Of a stretch of DNA of 64,000 nt, positions 38,201 to 50,200 are shown in pieces. The position numbers and the translations under genes were made by a program. The stretch is from a virus. Under the pieces are notes generated by a model. The model was given only the letters and a program-made list of their open reading frames with translations, did not search any database and was not told where the DNA came from. The stretch is taken from IMG/VR virus record IMGVR_UViG_3300025127_000009, positions 1-64,000 of that record, one strand, 5' to 3'. Numbering within the stretch: the stretch's first letter is position 1; each line of letters opens with the position of its first letter.

Positions 38201-41200
38201 CGATGATACACCAAAAGACGATGTAAAATTATTGTTAAATTTGGGATTTTTAACAACACCAGATAAACCTTTTATTTCATCATTGGAAAGAGATTTGTTA
38301 ACAATAACAATTTCACTCATCATAAGTTCGCTTGGCTTTAGAAAATCTAAAAGAAAATCTTTTGTTCGAGGTGCAAACAATCCACCCCTAGCGTTTAATT
38401 CTCCAGCAACTGCATTAGACCGATCTACTTGGTTGGTTAGTCCTTGTCGGGCAACTGCTCGTTTTTGCTCACTATAATGGTAAGCGCCCAGACCACCTTC
38501 ACCGCCAACAAACTTGTTATCATTAAGAAACCTCAAGCACCCTATTTGGTTATTGGTGATTGTTACGTTTCCTGCTGGGCCTGGTAATAATTGATAGATA
38601 TCAACCTTGGCAACTGACACGTTTATCTCCGCATATAATTTAGGATGTGCGTTAACTGCTTTCCATATATTTTTAGCAATAGTGATGTCATCGGCAGATT
38701 TAGCGACATTCATGGCTGTTGGATTGAAATCGCCTCTAGTTGTAGTGCTTGATGCTGCTTTAAAAGTTATAGTTTCTCCATCTGTGGTATTAAACGAAAA
38801 GATAGTAGTTGCATCTGACAATGCATTGAAATTAGAGGCGTTTGTAATTTCTACAACTGCCATAGCCTGAGAATAGGAGCCTGACATCATGTGACTGTTT
38901 ATTCTATTAACGTTACCCAAGTGATTACCTATAAAACAATTTCTTGACCCATCCAATAATATTGGTGCCCCTGCAGTGCCGGGAGTGCCACCGTGAGATG
39001 CCGCATCTGTCCATGTTGTCCTGGTTGAAGTACTGTTTGTATGATCGTAAGCACTGTGAAAGTATTGTACGTGAGTTCTTCCTAAGTTGCCAAAGGGTGC
39101 ATTGTTGTGGTCTTTAGATGTGTTTGTTTCACCTGCTTGAGATGCACCTCTATCGGTATCATACTGGTGTCCGTTTCGAAAAACTTTAAAATGCTGTAGT
39201 TCTCTGCTTTTAAGATCTGCCTCTACATAAAAGTGATTCCAACCAGGGTGAGCCCAATCTGCCTCTACTAACGGATTACCAGGCATCGATCCAGTAGAAG
39301 TCATGCCAGGGCCAGATTGCCAACAAAAATAATTTTTACCATTTCCACCAAATAATTGAAAATATATTTGAGCGTGTGATTTATCTCCTGGAGAATACTT
39401 AAAGTCTGCAGCCTGCGGGTGGTCACCGCCGCGAGTTGTTGCGTTATCGACTGCTGCTGCATCAGGGGTGCTTCCATCGCTACCTACCAGGTCATTACTG
39501 GTTGATCCTCCCAATATGTTCTCTGTCTCGGAGACATTATCCATAAACGGACTGACTTGATATGTCAGGTGAAGTCCGGTTCTCCAAGAGTTTTTTGTTG
39601 CGTCGTTCCCACTTCCAAGCGAACAAATAACCCCTCTTTGACCGAGAAGTCTGCTGTCACCTACCCCGTTGCGGTGAACCCTGTTATTGCTGGATACATT
39701 CGGATCTGTTTCGTTTGTTGACGGCAAATACATCCAAAAAGATATTCCAAATTTACCATCATTTTCAAAGTCGCTACCAGTTAAGGCCTGTCCCCAATGA
39801 GATGCATCTCCTATTTCGATTCTATTTTTTGAAACGAAGCCAGCGTCAAATTGACGCGCAACGACTGCTGTCATATTACTACTACCAGCGTTTTCGTCTG
39901 CATGTTTGCTGGGGGTTCCAGAGTATACTATAGTCTTAACTCCTATTAAAACTATAACACTCTTGGGAGCATCTGCATCTGCGTAAAAAGTAAAACTTGT
40001 GCCATAGAAGGGGCCAAAATCTCGTCTTGCTCTTTCAGCAGTTGTGCATGCTATTTTTCCATTATGCCCACTAGCCGATTCTATAAGTGAAATTAATCCA
40101 TCTGCCCAAAATCTGCCTGAAGTGTCAGTTGGGTTTTCATTGGTAATATCAGCCGACTTGGCAAATTGCAGATTAGATTCTACTTCAGAGGGGCTAGTTT
40201 TAGCAGTGTAAGTTTTAGCGGTTCCATCCAAAGAAGTAATTACAAAAGTATCGCCATCTCCAAGAGCAGCACCGGCATATATGTGTGCAATTCCATTTTT
40301 TACTTCTGCAAAAGTCGTATTAGAATTTACTATAACTGAATCGCCAGGACCTGTAAAATCAAACTGAGTGTCGCCATTTGCATCTTTTGAAGAATAATTT
40401 TCTTCTCCAATTCCAAAATAGGATCCTTTGAAGTCTGCTAGTAAACTTGCACTTTGAAAAATAACGCCATACTGATTATATAGCCTATCTTCGTGTGGCT
40501 CGAACACAGGGTAATCCACTGCAATGCCTGATTTAACAGTGTTGAAGCCAATGCCAGGAGCATAATAAGGAGCCAAAACATTTCGCCAATGTCCACCGGA
40601 TACATACTGGTTGTACGACGAACTAAAATACGAGGCTAATTGAGTCATTCGATCCGCAGGGTAGAATCCTTTATAGGGTAAAAACTTTTTAAACGCCCTG
40701 CATGTTAAAGTGAGTCTTGTAGGAGACACAGAGCCGTCAGAAGTCGCAGGATATGTTTCATTAATTGACTCCTGTACAACATTAAACTGTTTCATAAAAT
40801 CAGTGTGACTGTATGTTTTGTAAAAATCACCTGAACCTGTGCTTGAACTGTTCGAATCTCCTAGTGCGCCTGTTAAAGTTAAGAAAGTATCTCGACAACT
40901 AAAGAATGGGTCTTCGCCTCCAACATCATTTATATAGTGATGCATATGTTCACTAATTCTAAACTCAGGAAGAACAGAATAACCCTTCGCTAAGAGTTTA
41001 GACTGGTATGAAAAGTCTTCATAACTATCAAAATTAAATGGATTTCTTGCTTCATCTTCCGGAACTTTGTAAAATTGAGAACCCCATAAGCAATTATCTA
41101 ATTTATCATTTTTAGCGTATATCATATGTGGCGCTTTCGAAGACGTCACTCTTACTTCAAAATCATAACTTCCAGAAGCATCTTCGAAACCTTGTATAAA

Positions 41201-44200
41201 ACCAGGAGTTTTAATATTTGTATATCTAATATCTGCATAATTATTAATATTTTTAAAATCTACAGCCGCTGGAACTATAAGAGACTCCCCGAAACTACTA
41301 ACATTGGGGCTAAAATATTCTCTTACCGTTCCAGCAGTTTGTACTTCTGCGCCGAATCCAGTTCTAAAGAGATTATTCTTTCTTGGAAGCCTAATTGTGC
41401 CGCCAGCGGTTGTATTACCACCTGCATTGTGATTTCCATCCAAAGATGCAGTGTTATGCATTTCAGTGATACCTACACCGACTCTTGAACTAAAATCTTC
41501 TCTATCAAAAAATATTTGCCTCTCCACTTCTTTCGTTTCATACACATTGACAAAAGTAATCAACCACTGTGATCGGTTAAAGGACGAGCCAAATTGATTG
41601 TGTAAGGTATTCGTTGAAGAAGGTATGTCTGCGTAAGTTAGAAACCTTATATTACCTTTTATAGATGCAGTTACAGTATGCTCAAAATGATGATATTTTA
41701 CTCTATTGTCTGTGCTAAAATTGTCAGTTGAACTAATTATAGGCACGTAAGAGGGGTCATAGGAAGAAGTAAGTGCAGAACCCGTTAATACACCTACAGT
41801 ATGCCAAGTTCCATCTTTACTAGATCCAACTTGAACATACAAAGGAAATCGGTTTTGCGGTCTGCCGTCAAAACCATCTGAACTATTTGCATGATATCTT
41901 ATAACCCCTGGAAATTGATATGAACTTGTAGTTCTAGCCCAAGAATAAGTGGCATTGGAGGAATTGAAATTTAAACGCGGTAAACCTTTTGCTGCAGCAG
42001 CACTAACTGTAGTTTGTCTATCTAAAGAAGCCAGTGGCTGACTTACCAAAAGAGACTTTCTCATACCATAATATGTCACGCCTCCATCATAGCCAGCCTT
42101 TAATTTTAATACCAAAGGTTCTGTAAGTTTAATTCTTTGCCTAAATTCAACAGTGTCTATTCCTTGATATGTGGATAAACCACTAGCGTTACCTGCAACG
42201 TTAACGGTGGTGCCGTCTTCTCTGGTTCGAACATGCTTCCCATTAGCATCGAGAGATAATTTTGAAACCCGAAAAGCCCCAAGAGAGCCACTATTGCTGC
42301 CACCGTGATGATGTTGACCTAAAGTAAAATCTTCTATCGTGCAAGTTGTGTTTGTCCCACTACTATCTCCTGTGTTGTTGCCACTACCATCAAGGTTTAT
42401 AACTGCAGTATCGCCACCCATGCAAGCCCATCCAATCGGGGGAAATCCCACTTCAACACCATAAGAAAAATCGCTTGAATTTTTGGGGTAAAAAGTAGGA
42501 ATAGTGTCTATGTTTGATTCAAATGAATCAACACTGTTCGAGCCATCTATAAATGTGTTGCTTACAGAACCAGCAGAATTTTTTGTTGCAACATACCAGG
42601 TTCCTGAATCACTACCATCTATAGATGTACCTGTGATAACTGTGTTTCCTGTTGCTCCGGGTCGAGTTTGCGTAATCACAACGTATGTTTGAGTAGCGGC
42701 ACCAATACCAGTTGGCCTCTCCTCTTTTGTTGCTATAAATTCATTGCCTGAAGGATCTATTTCCGTTGAATCTGTCAGATTAACCATTTGAATAAAGTTA
42801 TCTATTGTTTCTGAAACATCTGCGCCTATTCTATACCTTCTATCTGCTAAGCGCTTAACTGAGGATTGGCCGACGTTATCGCCTACTGTGTCACCAGGAG
42901 CGGTTACGGTGGTATTTGCTGTAAACCGGTAAACAATACCATCGGTAGATGTTAATAAAAGTGTTTTGCCATTAGTGGGCTGACTTTCCAAGCGTAAAAC
43001 GGCAAATGCTTTTTTTGCACCGGGAACATTTACAGTTTTACTCCTAAACGTATACGGACCTCTTGGTTGCATGTTGTTGCTGTATGATCCGCTTAATTTC
43101 AATATTTTATATTTGTTTCTTGCTGGGAGGCTGCTTGTTGATTGCATAGGAAAAGGTCTTGCAAATAACGCACTGGCGCTTGGAATCATATGATTGTTGT
43201 GAAAAATAGAGTACTCTGCGAACAGTTCTCCTGACCCTACTCCCTTTTCTGCACCTGTGCTATCAGTTCCTAGCAATCTATCTGTTGTTTTTCTTAACGC
43301 AACAGTTTTAAAATTTTGTTGAGCGTCTAAGGGCCAAACACTTAAACGTGATATCTTTTCTCCTTGAGAATTTAGTGCGTCTCTTTGTATTCTACTCTTA
43401 TGGTCTTTTCTCCAAAACTTTAATTTAAAGTTTGGTCTTCCTCTCGAAGACTTTAAAAATGCATTTTTTTCTTTTGGAAAAATACCCTCTCTATAGTAAA
43501 GTGCTGGCTCATATGCTTCATTGTTAAGAGGAAAAAGAGAAAACTGATCAATCCTTTTTAAAGTATTTTTCTTTTGCTTTTTTGTTAATTTAGTATCGGT
43601 AATAATAGCCAATTCTTCATTTGCAAAATTTGTGATATTATTAGAAAAAGTGTAAGACGCTAAGACAGGCAATTGGTTACCCGTGGTTGGCTTGCTAAGT
43701 GTTCTAATAGGATATTTGTTTATAGTAACAGGAGGCTCATTAAATCTATAATCTGTGCCCAGTTTATTAACTCGAACACCCCTAATCCCATAATGATCGT
43801 GATCTGATGTGTTTATCTTAATTGAAACCCATCTAAAGAAAACCTTATTTGCTGGTTCATCTATCACAGCGAATCGTTCATGAAAAGTATTTTTAGCAAG
43901 TTCAGAACCCTTTATATGATGTAGAGTCTTGTATTTTCCAGTTTCTCCGATCTTATATTGTAGGAACAGATCTTCCTGAGCCTCTGGGGCGTTCGTAAGA
44001 CTAAAATCTTGACTCGGGCCAGCGGAATCTGATCCTACAATGAATTCGTATTTTATAACTAGCGGTGCACTAAACGGCACAGAATACTCAACAGAGCGAA
44101 GATGCTTAAGGTTTGAATCAGGAGTACCTGTAAAACCAAAGCCTAAATTAAAAGTTTCGTTAAGAGCAGTATACGAAGCAAAGGTAGTATTTGCTGTTCC

Positions 44201-47200
44201 GATGAGTGCTAAAATCTTTTGACTACTGTCGTTAGCATTGGCCTTTATTCTAGGACCTGTTGTTACAGCAGCAGTAGATGCAAGATGTGTTGCCCAACCT
44301 TCTGGTACAGTGTCTACTGTTTCAGAAGAAAAACTATCTCTGTATTGTGTTTTTCCAACCTGATCAGAACTAGGTACACGTCTACCATATCGCGCTCGCT
44401 TGTGATCTATATTTTTAGGCCAACTATAATTACCTTGGCTAAAATAAGATGCATTGAATGCATTAACTCTACGGCCTGCATTGCTTTCATTTAAGAACGA
44501 TTCATCGTTAAATTCGAGTAAACCATTTTCATCTGGCGTGATCGTACCTTTTAATACTGGTGCATATATATTTCTCTTTCGCAACAATCTACCAAGTTGT
44601 GATTCGCCGCCTCTTATTTGTTTCCAACTAGGCCATCCATATGGACCTTGGCGATGCAAAATTGTTCCTGTTAGAAATTGACTGTTTATCGAACTAACTG
44701 TATTAGTATCCGTGTTGATATTGTCAATAACATGTGTATTCAAGCCCGCGAAGTCAAGCACATATTTTCTTATATTGCTACCCCGCTTTTCTTTTATTGC
44801 TGAGCCTGTTAAAAATTCATATGTTCTTTCATAACGCATAGAACCGGTGGCTGTTCCAAGAGACGCCTGTGTAAAAGAGTGTAGGTGCCCTGGAATTTGA
44901 TTTCTAACCAAGCCGTCTCTCAAAGATGCTGATATCCAGGAGTATTGATGATCATTTTGCGGTATCGGATGAGTAACAAATTTATTATCTTTTACTTTTT
45001 TAATTGTTACTGTACTGTTACTACTACCATGCGATCCATCGAAATACGCCACTCTTCTTGGTCGAGTGTTAATATTTATTTTATGATCTGTTTCCAGATT
45101 TGTAGAACCAACACTTGAACTATAAGAAAGGTGATCTAAGTAGTTTCTTGGTCCCCGCACTGATAAATTACGATAATTCATTGAGTTGTAAACAGAAAAT
45201 TGATTTGTTTCTCTATCTAAACTTTGACCACCTCTTGAATCTCCAGCAACCTCTGTGCCGCCAGGTGCAGAAAACCTTGATGTAATTGTATTTTTGCGTG
45301 TGGTTCTTGGTAACTTGCCAAATTCTTTTGCGCCAAAAAGAGACTTTGTGATGGCCTCAATGGGATGTGCAAATACGGCTCCACCATTCAACGGGTCGGT
45401 GCGGCCAGTTTCGCTAATTAGAATATAATCCGATCCAACTGCTACCGCAGCACCAAGTTCGCGTTGTCCTGCACTCGAAGGAGTAAACCTAAATTTTTGT
45501 TCCCAGTTGGTGCCATTTCTCTGAAACAAGTAGGCTGCGCCAGCATAACTATTATACCTCGCTGCACTCACAACGACATTATCACCAGAAATGGCCACTA
45601 CTTGGCCAAACTGTGAGTTCCCTGCCCTATCCGACGCAACAATTTTAGCCTGTTGGGACCATGTTCCGCTAGATTTTTTGAATATATATGCAGAACCTGC
45701 CAAGCCCAGAGTGTTGCCACCAGCAGCATCTTCGTCTTCAAAGTACGCTCCAACAACAATGTAGTCGCCTGATATCGATACACTAGTGCCAAACTCATCA
45801 ACGCTATTTCTATCAGAAGCAACAATTTTTTGAGTTTGAGACCAAGTTTCGCTTGATCTATCAAACACATATGCAGAGCCAGCCTTGCTCTTAGTGTTAG
45901 AGCCAGCAGCATCTTCGTCCTCTCGCGGTGCGCCGACAACCAAAGTATCGCCATCAAGTGAAACAGAGCGCCCAAATTCATCGTTGGCTGCTAAATCAGA
46001 AGAAACGACTTTTTGAGTTTGAGACCAAGTTTCGCCTGATCTTTTAAATATATAAACAGCGCCTGCCGACGTTGAATTGTCATGTGCTCCAACGGCTATA
46101 TAATCACCCGATATTGCAACGCCTTCTTCACCAAGGCTGAAGTCATCACCCGCTGCTCTATCAGAAGGAACAATTTTTTGTGTCTGAGCCCAAGTATTTC
46201 CAGTTCTTTTAAACACGTATGCGGAACCAGCAAGGCTTAGTGTATTTGAGCCTGCTGCGTCTTCATCTTCCTGTTCCGCACCAACAACAATGTAAGGATC
46301 ATCAATTGCAACAGAACTACCAAACTTATCTGTTGTGGCTCTATCTGAGGCCACAAGTTTTTGCATTTGCGTCCAAGTATTCCCTGTTTTTTTAAAAACA
46401 TACACAGAACCAGCACCACTAAGAGTATTAGAGCCCCCAACGTCATGGTCTTCTTGCGGAGCGCCAACAACAATGTAGTCGCCTGATATTGCTACAGAGT
46501 CGCCAAAATCATCGCCCAAAGCCGTATCGGAGGCTAAAAGAGTTGTGGGAGAACTAAGAGAGTTTATAATTGACTGTGATGTTGATGATGTTAATTGCTC
46601 AAGATTATCGACAACAAAACGCCCACTTTGTCTTGGTGATGTAAACTGCACAATATCAGATACGTGGCTGTAATTTCCTAGTGAATTTACTTTAATATTT
46701 TTTATATTTACAGGACTCTTCGCTAAAGGCTCTCTGAGAAAACGCGATGTAGCATAACTCTCATTAATTATTGGCACCTTCCCTGTTGTTAAGCCTGAAG
46801 CGTTAGGAGGAAGAACATATAATTTTTGGTCTTGCGCTAAAAGCCTAAAACCTTCAAACCGTGTAGTTTCAGAATCTTGTCCCTTATTTAAGCCAACATG
46901 TCGAAAAGCACTGCCACCAACAAACTTTTCTGTAAATGGAGACTGTAGCGTTACCTCTTTATCATCTCCATAAGCATCTGTGTGAAGGTTTGATATTTCT
47001 ACACCTTTCTTAACTTTGCTAAAAATTTCGGCGTGATAATCTTTTGGGTCATCCAAAGAACTACTATAAAGACTAAAAGGAGAAACAAGATCAGAATCGT
47101 GGTCTTTGCTTGTGTGAGATATATCTGCTGGTGCAGCCCACTTCTTTTTTTCGTTTGGAATTTGTACATCTGTGCAATCCACCCTTTGTATTTCAGAGCC

Positions 47201-50200
47201 TGTAATGGCAATGTAAGTTTTATGGCTTGGCTTTGTTACACCAGCATAAAATCTTCTTTTTGAATTACCGAAGAAACTACTACCACCCTTAACTTCTCTT
47301 TGGTTTTCTACAGTAAATTTATACGGTCTAGTTAACCTTCTTGTTACATATGTTGAGCCAGAAACATTAGTATTTGCAATTCTTCTAATGATTTCTCGGT
47401 CCCTATCTACAACAACGTTGCCGGAAGATGTATCAGTTACACGCTGTGCGCGTTCCTTCTTCCAAAGGCAATTATCACCACTCTTTGCCTTTACCACTGT
47501 AACAACATCTGGAATGGCAGGTTTTACAAAGGTGGCATTCATATTTGAATTAGAACCATAAGTAATTGTAAAAGTTCCACCCGAGTCATGAGTTAGTGTC
47601 ACAACGGAAGCCGTTCCATTGCCGCTGGAACCACCATCTGTTGTAACTGCTGCTGTTATTGCAACAGCGCCACTACTTGAGCCGTTAATTGCTGCAGCCA
47701 ACCTGGTGGCCATTGTGCCGTCACCAGGACCTCCACTGGCCGAAACAATATCGTCGTTACCATCGCCTATGTTCATAGTAACATAAACAATTCTGGTGCT
47801 TGAGCCATCATTTAACGTTATTGTGGAGTTACAACCAACACGACCACTGCATGTAAAACCAAGACTGCTACCATCAACAGTGCCATCAGGTATTGTTATT
47901 GTTGTACTGCCAGTATAACCTGCACCAGACTCAGTGATTATTCTATCCGCATCAAATGGTGCGTGCCCATGTTGCCAGTCATAAAGTAATTCGTTTATAC
48001 CTCTAACGTTACCTATGATTGTTGGCTCTTTAAGATTAATGCCTTGATATTTTGATCTGTATTTATTTCTCTCTAGGATGTGGCTTTCAATTACATTCTG
48101 AATGTCGTTAGATGATTCAACAGATGCTGGTATCAACTGATCAATCATAATCGAAAGGGAAGAATCAAGCCATTTGTAATACTCCATATACCTTTCAATG
48201 TCTGGTTCATTTTGTATTCTATCAAAAAACACCTGTCTTAGTTTTGACATTGCTTTATAGTCTTGACGGTATTTCTCGACAGGTGCTCCTATAAGATTAC
48301 TAAAGTCGTTTACACCAGCAAAAAAGTTCATCATCTCATCAGAAATTGCAGAGTACATGCTCTTTTCGAAAGAATAATAATAATCTATTGGTTTTGTTTC
48401 TCTGGTGAAAGTTTGATCATCATTAAGATTAATCTTAACCATATCAGAACTTCGAACACTTTCAAACGCCTGCAATTTAGCAGCGCTATCCATCTCCATA
48501 TCTACACTAGATGTGGTAGAGACAGCAAAATTTATTCCTTTTGCAGGATGCAATACTTTAGTTATTGCCCCAACCTTTCCAGCCCCAAGTCTATGTACAT
48601 CGTTTAAAGAACCAGAAGAGACATCATTAATCCACATTTGTCCCGTTTTGTTAGAGCCTGTTAGATTTGAAAAATCCCAGTTTATAGCAAGTAAATCAAT
48701 TTGAGGTATTTGAACATTTCCAATATTACTCAAAGGAAAAGACATCTGTGAAGGGCTCAATAAACCATACGAAGAAGGATCTATAGCGTGCCTGCGAATC
48801 TCTTCTTTGTCTAAACTTGTTAGCCAGTGCCTAAAGTTAGCAACTTTTACATCTGTTTCTTCTTGTAACTGATCATCGAAATCTTTTCTATGCGCACCTA
48901 GATAAAATCTTTTTGATGCAACACCAAAATCTTGAGTCGTTGAATTTACGCCACCTTGAAAATGACATTGCACTGTAGCATTTGCAATACTGTCGGCGGC
49001 TTCTGTTTCGCCAATGTCACCAACTATACTTTGCGTAAAAGTAATTTTTCTATTACCTGCATCGAAAGTAGCAATTATTTCTCCATTGTGACCAGAGGCT
49101 GCATTAACAGCATTCATCAGATTTGTATATGTGTTGGTTACACTACCGGCGTCAATAGTTACCGAAATGCTTCCTGCAGTCACTGATCCGTTACTATCAA
49201 ACTCGTATCTTTTTGAAGTTCCCTGTGCCGAGATTAGATTTATGAAATTTCCATCTGCTGGAAGTTGATCACCTGAAGAGTTATATTGAATAAACGCACT
49301 TGCTGCCGTACCTGCCGTGTTAAAATCGCTTTGAACATGGTACTCTCTTTTTATAGCGTCACCTATCGACTCGCACGCTATTAATTCTATTTTATTTACA
49401 ACTGCACTACCAGAAACATTAGAAGAAAAAGGTATATCAGAGCCAACTCTTACTGCTACGTTCCACCTGTTAGAATCGTACAAATCTACAATATATGGTG
49501 TTTCAATGGTTGAAAACAAATTGTTTCTACATTTTAAAACAAATTTAGCAGTCCTAGAATCGTTTGTATCCTTTGCTACATAAAGTTGAAAGTTAGCAAC
49601 ATCGTCTGATTCTGACGTCCAAGCCAAAAGTGACCCATCTGCTAAGTATTTTTCTCCAGTTTTTGAGTCTGTTTGACCAGGTGTACCTGTTTTTTTGCGT
49701 ACAGTGTGGCATCCCATGATACTAGAACTTATTGGCGTTGAAAAATAAAATGGATGTCCAATTGCATATCTTGGAGGAAAGAAAACTTGAACTTGAGTTG
49801 TAGATCCAAAGTCTGAAAAATTATGTGCTTCGCTGACTAGTGTCCCTGTCACATATCCTCTGGCGTCTGCTAATCTATAGTCGCCTGTTAGGCCATCTAT
49901 TGTTTGTATAATCGAAGAATCTGTGTGCGCTTCTGTGCTAAAATTTACATATTTAGTCCTTACAGATACAGGACTATAACCATTCTCAATTGGGTACTCC
50001 GAGTCTGTTGAATATAGATTTATTTTTATAAGTTCGTTATCTATACCAAAGCATCTAAATAAGTTTCTAAATGATTTTTCAGTTCCCTTAGACTTATAAA
50101 TGGCTTCTAGATTGTTGTAAATGTTGTTGTATATAAAGTTTTTAACATCGGAAAGTTTCTGTTTAAACTCGTCATCTTCATTTCTGTTCAAGAATAAATT

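Noticed and set aside
45358-46545. FG-GAP DNA repeats as a CRISPR array or DGR template/variable repeats
   Set aside because: They are in-frame protein repeats with no constant-repeat/unique-spacer pattern or adenine-specific differences, and no reverse transcriptase is in the window
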